A stretch of 64,000 nt of DNA, filler included, from Basidiobolus ranarum (taxonomy: Eukaryota): NCBI GenBank assembly GCA_040143965.1. It is 5 parts of 5 records of this genome, joined end to end, with 100 filler letters (N's around TTAATTAATTAA, not from the genome) between each part and the next. Parts side by side here need not be neighbours in the genome. Positions count along the whole stretch, not along the records: positions 13,209 to 26,270 come from JASJQH010000505.1; 4 more parts are not named here. One strand, 5' to 3'. The notes under the pieces were generated by a model. It saw only the letters and a list, made by a program, of their open reading frames with translations, made no database searches and was not told the origin of the DNA. The first letter of the stretch is position 1. Each line of letters starts with the position of its first letter. Position numbers and translations under genes: made by a program. Positions 13,685 to 26,370 of this stretch are shown one piece after another.

Positions 13685-15104
13685 TGTGACTGCTGTTTAT
13701 CACGTAGATTTTGGTGAGTAATACTCAGGTTTTACATCTAGTCAGATCACTGGTACATATATAATAGCATAGATTACATATAAACATTCAATCTCGATAT
13801 GAAGACCTTGCATAAACCAAATGGAGCATGGTACAAAAACAGAGTTTGAATACTCATTTTGGAACTAATTTCCAAAGAGTCGAGTTCAAATGAAAGTATG
13901 AACAGATTTAGAAGTAAGAAGACTCATCATGCCCATCGCGCATGCACTGGTGAAATTGGCAGCAATAACATTCAGGGGAGCCAATGGTACATTAGAGATG
14001 ACCATGTTCTGAGTTGTGCCTGGCATTAATTTCCATCGGGATCTAGTTATTGCGATCGAACACTGCTCTTGAGGACAGCTTAAACTAGAGGAATTTTACG
14101 TAAGCAGGAACCAAAATATTCTGGCTCATCAAACTAAAACTTGGACAATGCTTGTAACGATAGTAGCACATTCTTGTACCTGCATTATGTGAGATGTCCT
14201 TTGACCCGAATTACTCCTATTTACTTAAATATAGCCATATATTTACATACTGGTGTAGATTGGTATGGAGCACGTTGCTTGGCAGTGAGGTTAGAAATAG
14301 AAATACGACTGTTCAATAAGGCCATACTATGATATCAATACATCAACATTTACAGTTGTTTCACTACTGTAGCTTAATTATATTACCTTCGGCCTAATCC
14401 ACAATAATTCAATACTGTGCACTGTCACTATGATCGTATGTGTTATTCTAAGTGCTATTACTTAGTCTCACATTTCTTTACCGTTTTGTCGAAGCCTCCC
14501 TACCCGGAATGGTGGAAATTAATGTAGGATGGCAATTATCGTATAGAGTGTTAGCTCAAAGTTAGACTCTTTTACAGCGATGTGATGCCTATTGAAACAT
14601 TACTGAGCATGTGTATTATCTGACTTTGGATGATTTGGGAGGAAAATCTTTCGTGGTGGTGGAGTTTGCACTTGATTACCAAGTACTTCGATCATGTTGG
14701 TAACTGCTTTTGCTTTTCTACGTCATCACCTGGCAACTTCTCCGATCCCAGTTTGAAATTGGGATTCGGACCAATCCAGATATAGATTTGGATGCATAGC
14801 TATTCAGGGACTATACATCTGAGGCCTTGGTATCTCCTGACAACCTTCACCTAGCTGCTGGCGAATTAATAGTACAAAAAAACATTTCACAATACAAACA
14901 ACCTTGCTTGATGCTGCTTTGATGAAATTGGATACATATCCCTCGAATATATCCCCTTCGCAGTGATCAGTATAAATATAAGCAGTACCTCCAAAGAACA
15001 ATCCAAGTCAACTCTTCATTCTCATTCTTTTCCATCTTTAAGCGTAGAGAATCTTACTCAAGTCAGCTCTTGGAAGTGTTAAAGGATCCAAACTACTTAT
15101 CAAA

Positions 15105-16075
15105 ATGGGAACCATCACCGCGCCACTTCATCTGTTGTTCGAATCAAATGTCACCATGTCGTTGACGGCAATGTGTACAGTTGTCTTCGTCAACAATTTT
15201 TATCATTCCACACGGATGCTTCCAAATAATCAGAAATTGATTTACTACCTCTGCTTCATTCAATCTATGTTTGGGGCGATCACGAACATTATCAATGTAA
15301 TTTTTTTCTTTCACTTTGATCTCTTGTGCGGACCACGTATTTATCTTGCTGCAACACTCAATCTTTGCTCTACAACCTGCATCGAGACAATCTTACTGCT
15401 TAAGGCTTTCTACGGTGCTGACAGGTCTAAGATTATTTTCGCTATTGGTGCTGTACTTCAGATGGTCAGAGTTGCCGTTGGCATCACCAACATTGTTTTC
15501 ACTTCGCACATGATTACTCCTCTTCTAGCGTGTGAAGGAACAATCAATATGACAACAGGGATGCTGGTGGTCATCTCTGAGTTGATTCTTAATGCTTACT
15601 TCTCGATTGTGTTTTTGAGCTCTATGTACCGCCAATGGAAATTCGTTAAAACTCGTTTGTACGCCGCTCTTCTTAAAGATGGTACCATCTATTCGTTTGC
15701 CACTGCCTTAACCAGTATTGCAATGATCATCCTAGCCAGCTTTAGGGTGTTAGGAGATAATTCACCTATTCTATTTAATGTCAGCTGTAAGTTTACAACC
15801 GTTTATTTAGCATCACTTCAAACCTATTTCTAATCAGTGAACACACAGGGGCCGTGGCATCAAAGCTCATCGTAGAACAACTAATTCACACCAACAAATT
15901 GAAGAAAGAAGGAATCACCAACGAGAAAATTGGCACCAAGCGTACCAACAATACGGGCGGTATATCTTCCGATGGGAATCAATCCACCAACCCTGAACAC
16001 TCATATTTGGATGATTCGAAGAAGGATGGTGCATTCACCATTCAGGTAATATCAGAAATCGAATCCACCCCTTGA
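15105..16075 (+). CDS. Seven-transmembrane (GPCR-like) membrane protein, 2 exons
   Basis: Exons 15105-15786 and 15849-16075; the GT-AG intron joins NVS-W-AVASKL in frame; about 7 hydrophobic segments and a polar C-tail. Confidence 0.8.
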
Positions 16076-18724
16076 CCGCATTTACACTTTCGAACGAGAT
16101 GATCTTCAATCGATTACATAAGCATGCATATTCACATACCATGGTAAATTCTCCAGTAAATCCCAAAAGCCATAGGCTCTTCATAGGCACGGTTCTTTAC
16201 TCAGTTGATTACCATGTCTACCTAGATTTCTTTGCTTAGAAAATGTTTTGGCCCTATATCGAATCAATACAGTATCTGTACCCATGCATCACTATAATGA
16301 ACCATCTTTAATAAACGCTTTACTTTTCAATTAATCGGCAGCACCTGCGTCTATAGAAGCTGTTAGATACCGACAAATAAAGCATGTATCCAGTCGAACT
16401 CCACCGATTGAGCACATATGACACCGAGATACCTGTCACCAATCATATAGACTAAAGGATCTATTAAAGTGAATCGAGAAGATCCAATCACCACCCTGGT
16501 TTATCTTAATTCAGTGTTTCTGTTTCAGACAATATTCTAGCTCGCTCTAATACCACAAGTGCTACGACATTTACCTGTATTTCGTAGAGGAATGACATTA
16601 AAAATCTCTTTCTTTGATGAATTCGAGTTCAAACTAGTCTCCAACGTAGTGTCTGGGCTTTTAATTTCAAATACACATTGTGAAAGAAGAATTTGACGAA
16701 CTGTTAAATGAGCCAAACATATTCTTTTACAAGAGCAAAGTAAGTTATATGCAAACGATTGCTGCCTCTAAAAGTTAGACTGCTCAGCCAAATAATGAGA
16801 AAGTGCGGTAGGTAGTTTCACATAAAAAGTTTACTAGAAAAGTCATTTTCTACAACTGTATTTCATAGTTAAAAATACTCTGATGCTCACTGAAATATCA
16901 GTAAGGTAGCCTTTTTAGGTTGCACAAAAATCTTGATATACATGCACACTGCTCAAAGGGAGTTTCTCTCAAATTCCGATTATGAAGAGTCATAAGAAGA
17001 AATTTTGTACTTTGTGTGGGTTTGTAGCTTTACACCCATCAGGTATACTTCATACATAGCATTTTCCGGAACCGAACTGAATCAGGTTAGCAGTTTGATG
17101 AAATGCTCATATGCTTCTCCATGCTTTCTTTCGTAGCAAAAGGATTGTCAACAAAGGTATTTGCAGATAGAACTGGCCGATTGGGATATCCTTGAGCAAG
17201 CTGAATACCAGAAACGCATTACCAACCTGTACGGAAAAGTGCACTCTTACCATATGCGCTCTTACCGGAATGACTCTAACTCTAACCCATTTTGACCGAT
17301 CCAATCACTAAGATTCTGGGCTTTTACCAAGAGAGCAGTCCGGCATAAGTAGTAGTATAGTATTTACGATACTAATCCTAATCATAGCTGCACATGTATG
17401 CATGAGCCCTTATGAAAGATGATTGCATCTCAGTGCTCATCTCCTCCCCTAGTCCAACTAATGTTGCTAGTGATAATACTCTTTGATTGGGATGCTATGC
17501 TTATAGTAACTACTCAGGACCAAGGTTGTGAAAAGGAAAGATTCTCATTTGCCAAAAAGAAAAATCACAAGACCATTGCTATTTGAATCAACATGAATAT
17601 CGGTAGAGTTAGTAAGCATAGTTGTAGATGATACTGTCGTGTCAAAATAGGTGTATTCAGCAAATTCCCATATAGGTGCTCTTCATCAGCATGCGTGGAA
17701 ATCTGTATCGGGTTTCACATTGAAAAGGATACATAAGAGTGGCGCTGTGTTACAATACATAAAAATTTCAGACCAATGAAGCATCTTCTTATTTAGAATA
17801 TAATCTTAGCAAATTACAGGATCATAATGACCAGGACCAATTCGAAGTCCCGCCATCTACCATATGTGAAGTAGTAATTAAAGGCTAACCACCCTACCAT
17901 CTTACAACCAGATATCCTACTACCAATATGAATATTGTAGGTGGTTCGTCACATGCGACAAGCAGCAATGGTAATACGACAGGGAAACGATATGACTCTA
18001 ATTTCAACACATGCGAGTTATAATGGAAAAATATGTACTGGCTAAGAAGAAAGTTGAGGAAGCCATTTAACATTTCCTAAGTTGAAGGTGAATGTGAAGA
18101 AGCATGTATACCAATTTTTTATCAAATATTGCTAGAGAACAAATTGAGAACTATTACTGATGTAACATACACTTTACTTGGCCTTTAGTGGAGAATGAAG
18201 TGTAATTTGTAAATTCTTAGCATACTACAACGTATTAAAAAATACCAACTGATTTAGAGACGATACATTGCTAACATTCATACACTTGTGTCACATACAT
18301 TTTTTATTTGTAAAGGACATCATTATTCATGAACTGGAAGCTGATTGTGAGTTTTGTTTGAAGGATTTCATCAATGTTAGTGTTTTTAAAGAAGTCTTTT
18401 TGCCACTTTTCAATAACTACAAGCTAGACAAACAGAACGCATAATATAATAAAGAGCCTACAAAGATCTAATAGCCAAGTATTTGGATAAGTACTTTCGG
18501 TTCTCCTCTTCTTAACCAGTCTACATGAAGCATGCTAATCAGATGGTTTCTTATAAAATGGCAAAAATTGCTTGTACTAATCATAGTGAGGTCAACCATC
18601 TGCTTGAAAACTAAGTTAGAATGACTCTGAACTTACTTTTGAGGAAGAACAAAAGAGTTCAGACACTGGATAATGAAATGAACAAAAATGGGGAAAGTAA
18701 GAAAGAGATTAGGGCAGCCATAAA

Positions 18725-19072
18725 TGTTAAAATAGTTGGGAGCCTGTGGGAAGTGGTTTGGAGAATTAGAGAAATTGGTGGTTTTCCCTTGTTGATTTAT
18801 TGAGTATTCAGTTGACATTTATAGTTTTGTCAGGATGTAAGCAAATTAACGTGTAGAATGTGTTAAGGAAGGTCCCGGGAACATGGGTGCAAAGTTTGGG
18901 GCTTCTAGCACAAGTTTGAAAAATCTATATATCTGAGAACTTCTAAGTTGGTAAAAATATTCCAAGTAAATTCCAAATGAGAATAATGGATAATATCTTA
19001 GTGCAATATGAGATAACCAAGTACTAAGCTATATATGACTATATAGGTGTTTAGGCAATGCTAATTTTAACA
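18725..19072. mobile_element. Solo LTR inserted in the Fanzor ORF
   Basis: TGTTAAAA...TTTTAACA; flanks ATAAA/ATATA (TSD with 1 mismatch); homologous to the reverse complement of 19535-19864 and to 51909-52247. Confidence 0.88.
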
Positions 19073-19534
19073 ATATAGACATTGACAGAGCATATAAAGA
19101 AAGTCAAGATGGCTATTTCATCAAGAAATCTTTAGATTTTACTTAAAAAAGTCAAACAATTTGGGTAGAGTATGTACTATTTTTTGCTTATATTCAACAA
19201 ATTATTGATTTGAAAAAGACTTAATCTATTATGACTGCAAAAGTAACACTCTCAAGCATATAAAGGCATACACCAGACTGTCACGCATCTGCTACGCTCT
19301 TTAAAACAAGTCATTCAACTGCTTTCCATTAAGAGGCTTCATACCATCCTACATGAGAATTTTCATGTGTATTGTAAATACTCAAATTATGGAGTATTCT
19401 ATCACCAGCAACTTGACTAAAGAAGCAGTGTAGGGAATAAATATTGACCTCATATCAAAGTCAATGAAATCACAAGGAAAGAGCAAGTTAATAAGGTTTA
19501 AAGGTATGATGTACTTAGATGGTGCAGGCGTATC

Positions 19535-19864
19535 TGTTGAAATTAGCATTGCCTAAACACCCATATAGTCTTATATAGCTTAGTATTTAGTTATCCCATA
19601 TTTCGCGAAGATATCACCCATTACTCTCAAGAGGAATTTACTTAGAAGTTCTCAGATATATAGATTTTGATAACTTGTGCTAGAAGCCCCAAGCCGTACA
19701 CATCTATTTCTGGGACCTTCCTTAACACATTCTACACGTTAGTTTGTTTACATCTTGACTAAACTATAAAGCTCAACTTTGAACTCATTGAAATGATAAG
19801 TGAAAATCACCAATTTCTCTATTTCTCCAAACCACCTCCAACAGGCTCCCAAAGTACTTTAACA
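19535..19864. mobile_element. Solo LTR with perfect 5-bp TSD, opposite orientation to the 18725 copy
   Basis: TGTTGAAA...TTTAACA flanked by GTATC on both sides; removing it restores DGAG-VS-VLK. Confidence 0.93.
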
Positions 19865-22144
19865 GTATCAGTGTTAAAGTAAACCATAATACAAAGAAGA
19901 ACAGTGGAGGTGGCGATGGAGAAAAGTCAAAGTCTTTCGCTTCACAAGATGATTTTCAGTATGTGGAGAGGTTGGGAAGAGAAGAGTTGAAGACCAGTAT
20001 TGACAATTGTGTGCCAATTGATCGTGGATATTGTGGTTTGCTGTACTGCATGCACAAGAAAGTACTGCTAAAAACAAAATAGTTTACGAATATACAAGCA
20101 ACTAAAAAGCAATAGAAACTAAATACAGAATATTCAGGAAGCCCCGAGAGAACTTAAATAAGACCAAGTCAGCACAGCTGAGCATTCCCTATCATATTTG
20201 AAATCTTCAACTGCCAACAAAGACAAGTTTGCCAAGTTTCTTCAAGAAAAAGCCAAAGTCACTCCAGTCATGAGAGCATATTACTCAAGTGAAGATCACC
20301 CTGCAGGTGAAAACAGGCGTACCAGTAGTTTGTTACCTTTCAGAAAAATGAAGCTCTCAAATTTCAATAACCAACTACAATCAGACAAACGGCTTGCCAA
20401 GAATCTTTGAGAGAAGTTTGGGAATGATACTATATTAATACTTTATAACTGGTCAGCTGGAAATGAAAAGTATCGTGAGCCCAATAGGGGCGTCGGAATG
20501 AGAAAAATGTTAACCAAAGAAGGCTTCCAGCTATACCTCCTCCACGAGCTTAAAACTTCAAGTCTGTGCCCTACTTGCCAGAATGGTCAACTGGAAAAGT
20601 CAAAAAGTACAAAATCCTAGACCATACAAAAGAGAAAAGTATCCTATTGTATATCATCATGGCCTTTTAAGGTAAACGCTTTTTATACACAAGTAAAAAA
20701 TGCAAACCTAATTTCTGTTCAGGTGCAAAAACCAGCAGTGTTTAAAGGTCGTGGCCAGTACTACTGAAGATTCTCCTCTTTGTCTTTGGAATCGTGACCT
20801 GACTGCTACTTTGAACTTTGGCATATCCCTTTTAACTGGCGCTCAAATGGGGAAAGACCAGAACGTTTTTGCAGATTGAAAAAACCTCTCTCCACCGGGT
20901 ATAAAAGAAAGGGTATCTCGTCAGCTAGCAGCAGGCGACCAACGAAGAAAACAAACAATCCTGTGTGGTTATTGCTACACTAAACATTTGATACAGAGTA
21001 AATTTCTTTTGCCATGTGTCTGAGATTATCTCCAATTTTGTGCCATCATCCCATTTATTTTATGAAATGTCTGATCGATTTTTTTAATTTCTCTCATTTT
21101 AGATTAAAACACTGTAAAGTTGGTTTCTGAGGTAAGGGTTTACGAGTAGAAGTTGGAGCAGGCATTGCAGTCATATTCTGAGCTTTACTTCTTGGCTAAA
21201 TACATAATCCTGGTAAATAATCCGTTTGAAGTTTACCTCAAGGTAAAGACATTTAGGACTCAGAAAACGAATATTACCATGGGATTCCTGTCTTTTTCGC
21301 GAGGAATTTTACTCGATAAAGTGGAGTCAGGCTTCTTTACAGAGCTCATGTTTGTTGAAATCACTAAATAGTAACACTCCACATCTCTATTATCATAAAC
21401 AATTGATGTAATAAAGTTCCATTTCCGGGAAATTTTCTTCAAATTTTACCAAAGCAACAAACAAAACCTCATCCAATTAAATGGATGATTGGATTTTCAA
21501 TAAGAAATATCTAGTTGATAAGCACTAAGAAATTTGAAATGGATCACTAAATCATTAAGTTGACCTCAATTTTGAATATTCAGCGTAGGACTTGGTAGCT
21601 TGTACAACCATGAAGAGAGTATGCCGTCAGTCGTAACAATCTTCCTATAATCTGGAGCTACTAACACATGCACTGGTACTCTGCTTACTGGTGAGCTGAG
21701 ACAGCAAGTACGGAAGAATCTATGAACCTGGCTTGCTTGCTAACGAATATCTCTATTGGTTTTCCCCGGCCAGATGTGGAGATTTGTGCATAAAACCTTT
21801 TGCTTTCGCAATCAACGAATTAACCCCTGCAAATAGACACCAAGAGCTCTTCATTGCTGATGATCAGTTAGAGGCAATGTGGAGATACTATCTTCAAGCG
21901 TAATCAACTGGACAGCAAACATGCTTTACCGATGATCTCCACTTGCCCAACAAATATCTTGAATACTTAAAGCTAATCATGGCACAGGCATGCTAGAAAT
22001 ACTTGCTTTAAGGAATCACTGTCATTGCGGATAGGTAGAACTACCGATTTATTGAAGCTCAAATATGTGATTTATACATCCCAACATCCACAAAAGAGGT
22101 AAAAGATACCATGCTATCTTGAATATTCTGGGGCTTACTCCAGC

Positions 22145-22928
22145 TTAAGCTACAAATACTTTTTCACGATAAAATTTCAGCTCTTTGATTGTATCCTTGA
22201 TGTCATCTAGTGCTCGATGGTTGGGGTTCTTCTTCGGAACATTGGAGGCAATTTGGGGATACCATCTACGTGTGAGTTCTTTGATGGTACTCACATCTGC
22301 ATAAAACTGAGGTTTAGCGGTAATGTTTAAGATATATCAAGGTTACTTAAATATATACCAATGATACGATAATGCAAGAATTCAACCAAATCTGGGAACT
22401 CCTTCGCCAAAAAGGTTTTGTCAACATGAACAGAGTTTCCTGCCAAAGGAGCTATCTTGGGTGTTTTGATATGCTTTCGTAGGAAGTTCATAATCTCAGT
22501 ATTGGCCTCAGATACTGTAACTGTGGAGGCTAGCACCGCCGACGTGAGTCCCGACTAAATATGCTTGTGAGAAATTGGCTTTTCTTTCTCGAATAGAGGC
22601 TGAACTTACTTGTCCATGTTGATTGATGCACCATTCATTCATATTATCCATCACTTCTTTAGGATAGTGTATAATGAGTTCAGGTCCCTGAATTCAAGAC
22701 ATCAATAAAAATAAGACGTTTGATCATGTACTTAGAAATGCACTCACCTCAGCGATCACATTAAGTTGGCCGTCGGTAATCAAGATAGCCAATTCGATGA
22801 TATGATCAGTAGAGAGATCGAGACCGGTCATCTATATGAACATACCACATTAGCTGTATTGAATAAAGGAAAACTCGGAAGCGCTTACATACCTCACAAT
22901 CAATCCAAACTATAGGTTCTTCAGCCAT
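22145..22928 (-). CDS. REX2: Oligoribonuclease (DEDDh exonuclease, Orn/Rex2), multi-exon
   Basis: [71 protein letters not shown]. Confidence 0.95.
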
Positions 22929-24035
22929 CTTAGAGTTCAAGGTTGTCAACTAACACAAAGGTATCGATCAAGTTACTATATTGATTGCCTACAAATATTT
23001 TATGAGCGATCGTCTAGGTTGATTATTAACCAGAATTTGATATAAAAACAAATTACCATCGAAAAAAATACATGCTTATTACCGATTTTGGTGATTCTTA
23101 TATACATAATATGTCTACTCGTTTAATTTAAAATCAATAATTAGCAAGCAATGCTTGGCGTCCAACGATGAATGCACCAAACAACATTCCAGACATTCGC
23201 CCTCCAAACCGTTGAATATCTACAAGATAGCCATGGTCTGTAGGCACCGGCATTTTTTGAATTTGGTCGAATCAATGTTAATCCGGTAACAACCTATGTC
23301 TCATTGGATGTTTGGCTTACTGGGATTCGTTACAGGTGTGCTTACGCCAGCTGATAAATGCAAATATCGATGCAATGGTACTGACCAAGTGATATATGGA
23401 GAGCACTCCTATGGATAAACAACCACACAGCCAGTGGTAGAGTCTGGTCTCATATCGGGGAATAGCTGGGGGATAAACTCCGAATCTCGCTATTTTGGAT
23501 AGCAATTCTATCCATAACTCCGCTGAACCCTGTAGAGTAGTCGAGTATGTAAAAACACTAACAAGTACATACATTGCCAAGTGGTTTCATTTTGGTCCGC
23601 AGCCCCATCATACGTGATACTATCTTTAGTGCGATTCATCCCTTTTTTTAATCAATAATTTCGGAGGATCGGATCTAATAGTTACCGCTTGGAAATCGGC
23701 TCAACCATTATTGGATGCAATAAACTACTCCTATTCTTCAAATATAATCCGGAAAAGTCAATTTTGGGCATCATTATGTGTTAATTAGATATTTAAAAGG
23801 CAGCTCCTATATCAGGCTGAATGTGAATTTGTTTGGCTGCCGACCTTGGCTTCAAATGTGTGTATTTCTCCAGATCGCCCTATAAATTCCCCGTCCCTCT
23901 TCAAATTTCCGATTCCTACGCTATTCAAGTTTCTTGTCATCAACTCTTAGGGTTGCCGCGGTAAAATATTTTACTCTTCGTACAACTCCACTTTCGACTC
24001 TCTGGCCTGCTTATTCATTCTGCCTTTTCTTCCTG

Positions 24036-25118
24036 ATGGCTTCGCCTAAACTGTTTACGGCGTCAGAGGTAGCTGCCCATGACTCTTCCAAAACCGCCTG
24101 GGTTATCTACAAAAACAAGGTTTACGACATAACTACGTTCCTTGACTCTCATCCAGGTGGAGACGAGATCGTTCTCGAATATGCAGGAAAGGATATTACA
24201 AAGATCCTACCTGACATTGATCTTCATGAGCATTCCGAGTCAGCATATGACATGTTGGAGGATATGTGTATCGGCCAGTTAGACGTTGAGGAGCAACAAA
24301 ACGCCAAAATTGTTACTCTGACCCCCAATGGGCTCAAAAAGCGCAAAGAACCAACTGAGAAGCTTGAGGAAGAAACCGACTTGATAAGCAATACAGATAC
24401 CAAGAAGGACTTCCAAAATCAGCAATTTTTGGACTTGGGCCGCCCTCTGGTCTCGCAAATGTGGAATAACAACTTTACGAAAGAATTTTACCTGAAACAG
24501 GTCCACACACCTCGTCACCTTCCTCAACCTGCTATTTTTTTCTCTAATCCTTTGTTAGAGCTGCTAACTCGGACGCCTTGGTATGTTATACCAATTATTT
24601 GGTTCCCGATATCCATGTACTTCCTTACGAGCGCAACAGCTATTGTTTCAACTCAATGGTCACTCTTGTGCTTTGTTTCTGGGATTCTACTTTGGACTGG
24701 GCTAGAGTATGCCATTCATCGTTTCTTGTTCCATTTCGACGACTCATTACCCGATCATCCCAAGGCTTTCTTGATTCACTTTCTGCTACATGGTGTTCAT
24801 CATTACCTTCCTATGGATGGATTAAGATTGGTAATGCCCCCTGTGCTATCGTTTACTCTCGCGACTCCTTTAGTCCACTTGGGCTATCTGTTGTTTAACT
24901 CTGGCACTGCAGAGGGAGTGATAGGCGGCACCCTATTTGGCTATATGTGCTATGATTTGATTCACTACAACCTCCATCACGCACGACCACTCCTGGACTA
25001 CCTACGCCAAATGAAGACGTACCATTTGGATCATCATTATAAAGACTACGAGGAGAACTTTGGAATCACGACAATGATTTGGGACACCGTCTTCCATACT
25101 ATGCTCAAAGCCTATTAA
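24036..25118 (+). CDS. SCS7: Sphingolipid fatty-acid 2-hydroxylase with N-terminal cytochrome b5 domain
   Basis: HPGG heme motif; histidine boxes HRFLFH, HGVHH, HYNLHH, HLDHH; RLVMPP; intronless from ATG 24036. Confidence 0.95.
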   Translation: MASPKLFTASEVAAHDSSKTAWVIYKNKVYDITTFLDSHPGGDEIVLEYAGKDITKILPDIDLHEHSESAYDMLEDMCIGQLDVEEQQNAKIVTLTPNGLKKRKEPTEKLEEETDLISNTDTKKDFQNQQFLDLGRPLVSQMWNNNFTKEFYLKQVHTPRHLPQPAIFFSNPLLELLTRTPWYVIPIIWFPISMYFLTSATAIVSTQWSLLCFVSGILLWTGLEYAIHRFLFHFDDSLPDHPKAFLIHFLLHGVHHYLPMDGLRLVMPPVLSFTLATPLVHLGYLLFNSGTAEGVIGGTLFGYMCYDLIHYNLHHARPLLDYLRQMKTYHLDHHYKDYEENFGITTMIWDTVFHTMLKAY

Positions 25119-25833
25119 ATTAACCTATCTAACCTAATTTGATTCTAATGAAATAGTTTCCATCCGAAATGTGTGTACCTTTTGTAAATCTTGTAGTCTT
25201 TTGAAGAGATTTTGTATCGCTTGTCTTAGAGGATTGATTATTTCCCTACGCTTTCTTTCATTAATATAGCCTCAGTCCAAGCACGATTATTACTACCTTA
25301 TTATGGAATATTTCGTATTACTACTAAACCGCCATACTAAATCAATAAATAACTCGAAGTCAATGTGAAACAGCGATATTGGCAGTATCCCTTAAGTTCT
25401 GTCTCAATTTTTGGGAATGGCAGTTGATTTACCCTCTCAGTATCCCTGGGTATTAGGGTAATTAACTTTGTACATGAAAACAAGTGACACAGCACCAGCA
25501 ACCATTGCTGCATCGGTTATCGCCCAATGGCATGGCCTCCCGACTCGGTCATGCCGAAGGATTGACCATCATGTGAAATCAATAAAGATTCCATGGACGA
25601 GTCACGAACACAAGTAGAGCCGATAATGAAATGACAAATCCTGACCTGATCTATAATTTATCCACCGTATGGTTACGACAATAGCCGAAGGCATGGCTTA
25701 GATTACTCTACTTGGTGTCTATCCCCACCAGATCCACTGATCATTCGAACTTTCCAAACAATTCTAATTTATTGGAGTGGTTGCATTTTCTCTAGGTTCA
25801 AATGGATCAAAGCAATATACACTGACTACACAC

Positions 25834-26270
25834 TCATTCAAAGTACCATAGGAGATTCTCGCTATCGTTACCACCAAGCAACAGGCTAGCGTTGGCGTGA
25901 TAGTCGATGGAGTTAATGGAGAGTGGGTTGAAGACTGAGCTCAACTTTTGATAAGTGGGGGTATCATCTGTATAATAGCCATATTGGTCCTTTTCTTGTT
26001 GATAGCTGAGGATCGAGCACATTCCATCTATATCGGTCAACGTGTTAGTAGAACATCAATCATGACGGATACGCTATTTTGAAGGATTACCATTGGAGCA
26101 ACTGATGATTTTCCCGGGAGAATTAGGATGATACTTGACTTCCCATACTAATGGACAGCAACGCATGTTAATGGCACATACTCAACTACATCAAACATAT
26201 TAGGGATCCTCTTACCATAAGACGAATGAACAGAGAAGGGGTTAGATTCGGGAATCTCTTGATTTCTTAT
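25834..26270 (-). CDS. WD40 protein C-terminal exons, Nup43-like; truncated by gap
   Basis: VHSSY|VWEVKYHPNSPGKIISCSN and LSINSIDY..LLLGGNDSENLLWY resemble the Nup43 motifs WEVHFHP..CSEDG and SVNTLD..CGTDAEAIY. Confidence 0.65.
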
Positions 26271-26370
26271 NNNNNNNNNNNNNNNNNNNNNNNNNNNNNN
26301 NNNNNNNNNNNNNNTTAATTAATTAANNNNNNNNNNNNNNNNNNNNNNNNNNNNNNNNNNNNNNNNNNNN
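26271..26370. other. Assembly gap with linker
   Basis: N run with TTAATTAATTAA. Confidence 0.98.

Larger units (their letters stand above)
18000..20983 (+). pseudogene. Fanzor1-type (TnpB/Cas12-like RuvC) nuclease pseudogene, interrupted by two solo LTRs; 5' boundary approximate
   Basis: Manual translation: HTLVSHT.FLFVK..HEL..FIN..FKEVFL; IYYDCK..FNCFPLRGFIPSYM; FKGMMYLDGAGVSV; CVPIDRG..LLYCMH (D 20020-20022); LPFRKMKL..DKRLAKNL*EKFG..NWSAG..EP.RGVGMRKML; YLLHELKTSSLCPTC (E 20546-20548); NPRP..HGLLR/CKNQQC; WNRDL (D 20796-20798); ERPERFCR; stop 20981-20983. Confidence 0.88.

Noticed and set aside
23150-23610. Possible small spliced gene on the minus strand
   Set aside because: Splice-like signals exist, but there is no recognisable product or convincing start
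23934-24035. N-terminal extension of SCS7 from a non-ATG start
   Set aside because: Artefact of alternative starts in the ORF caller; ATG 24036 directly precedes the b5 domain
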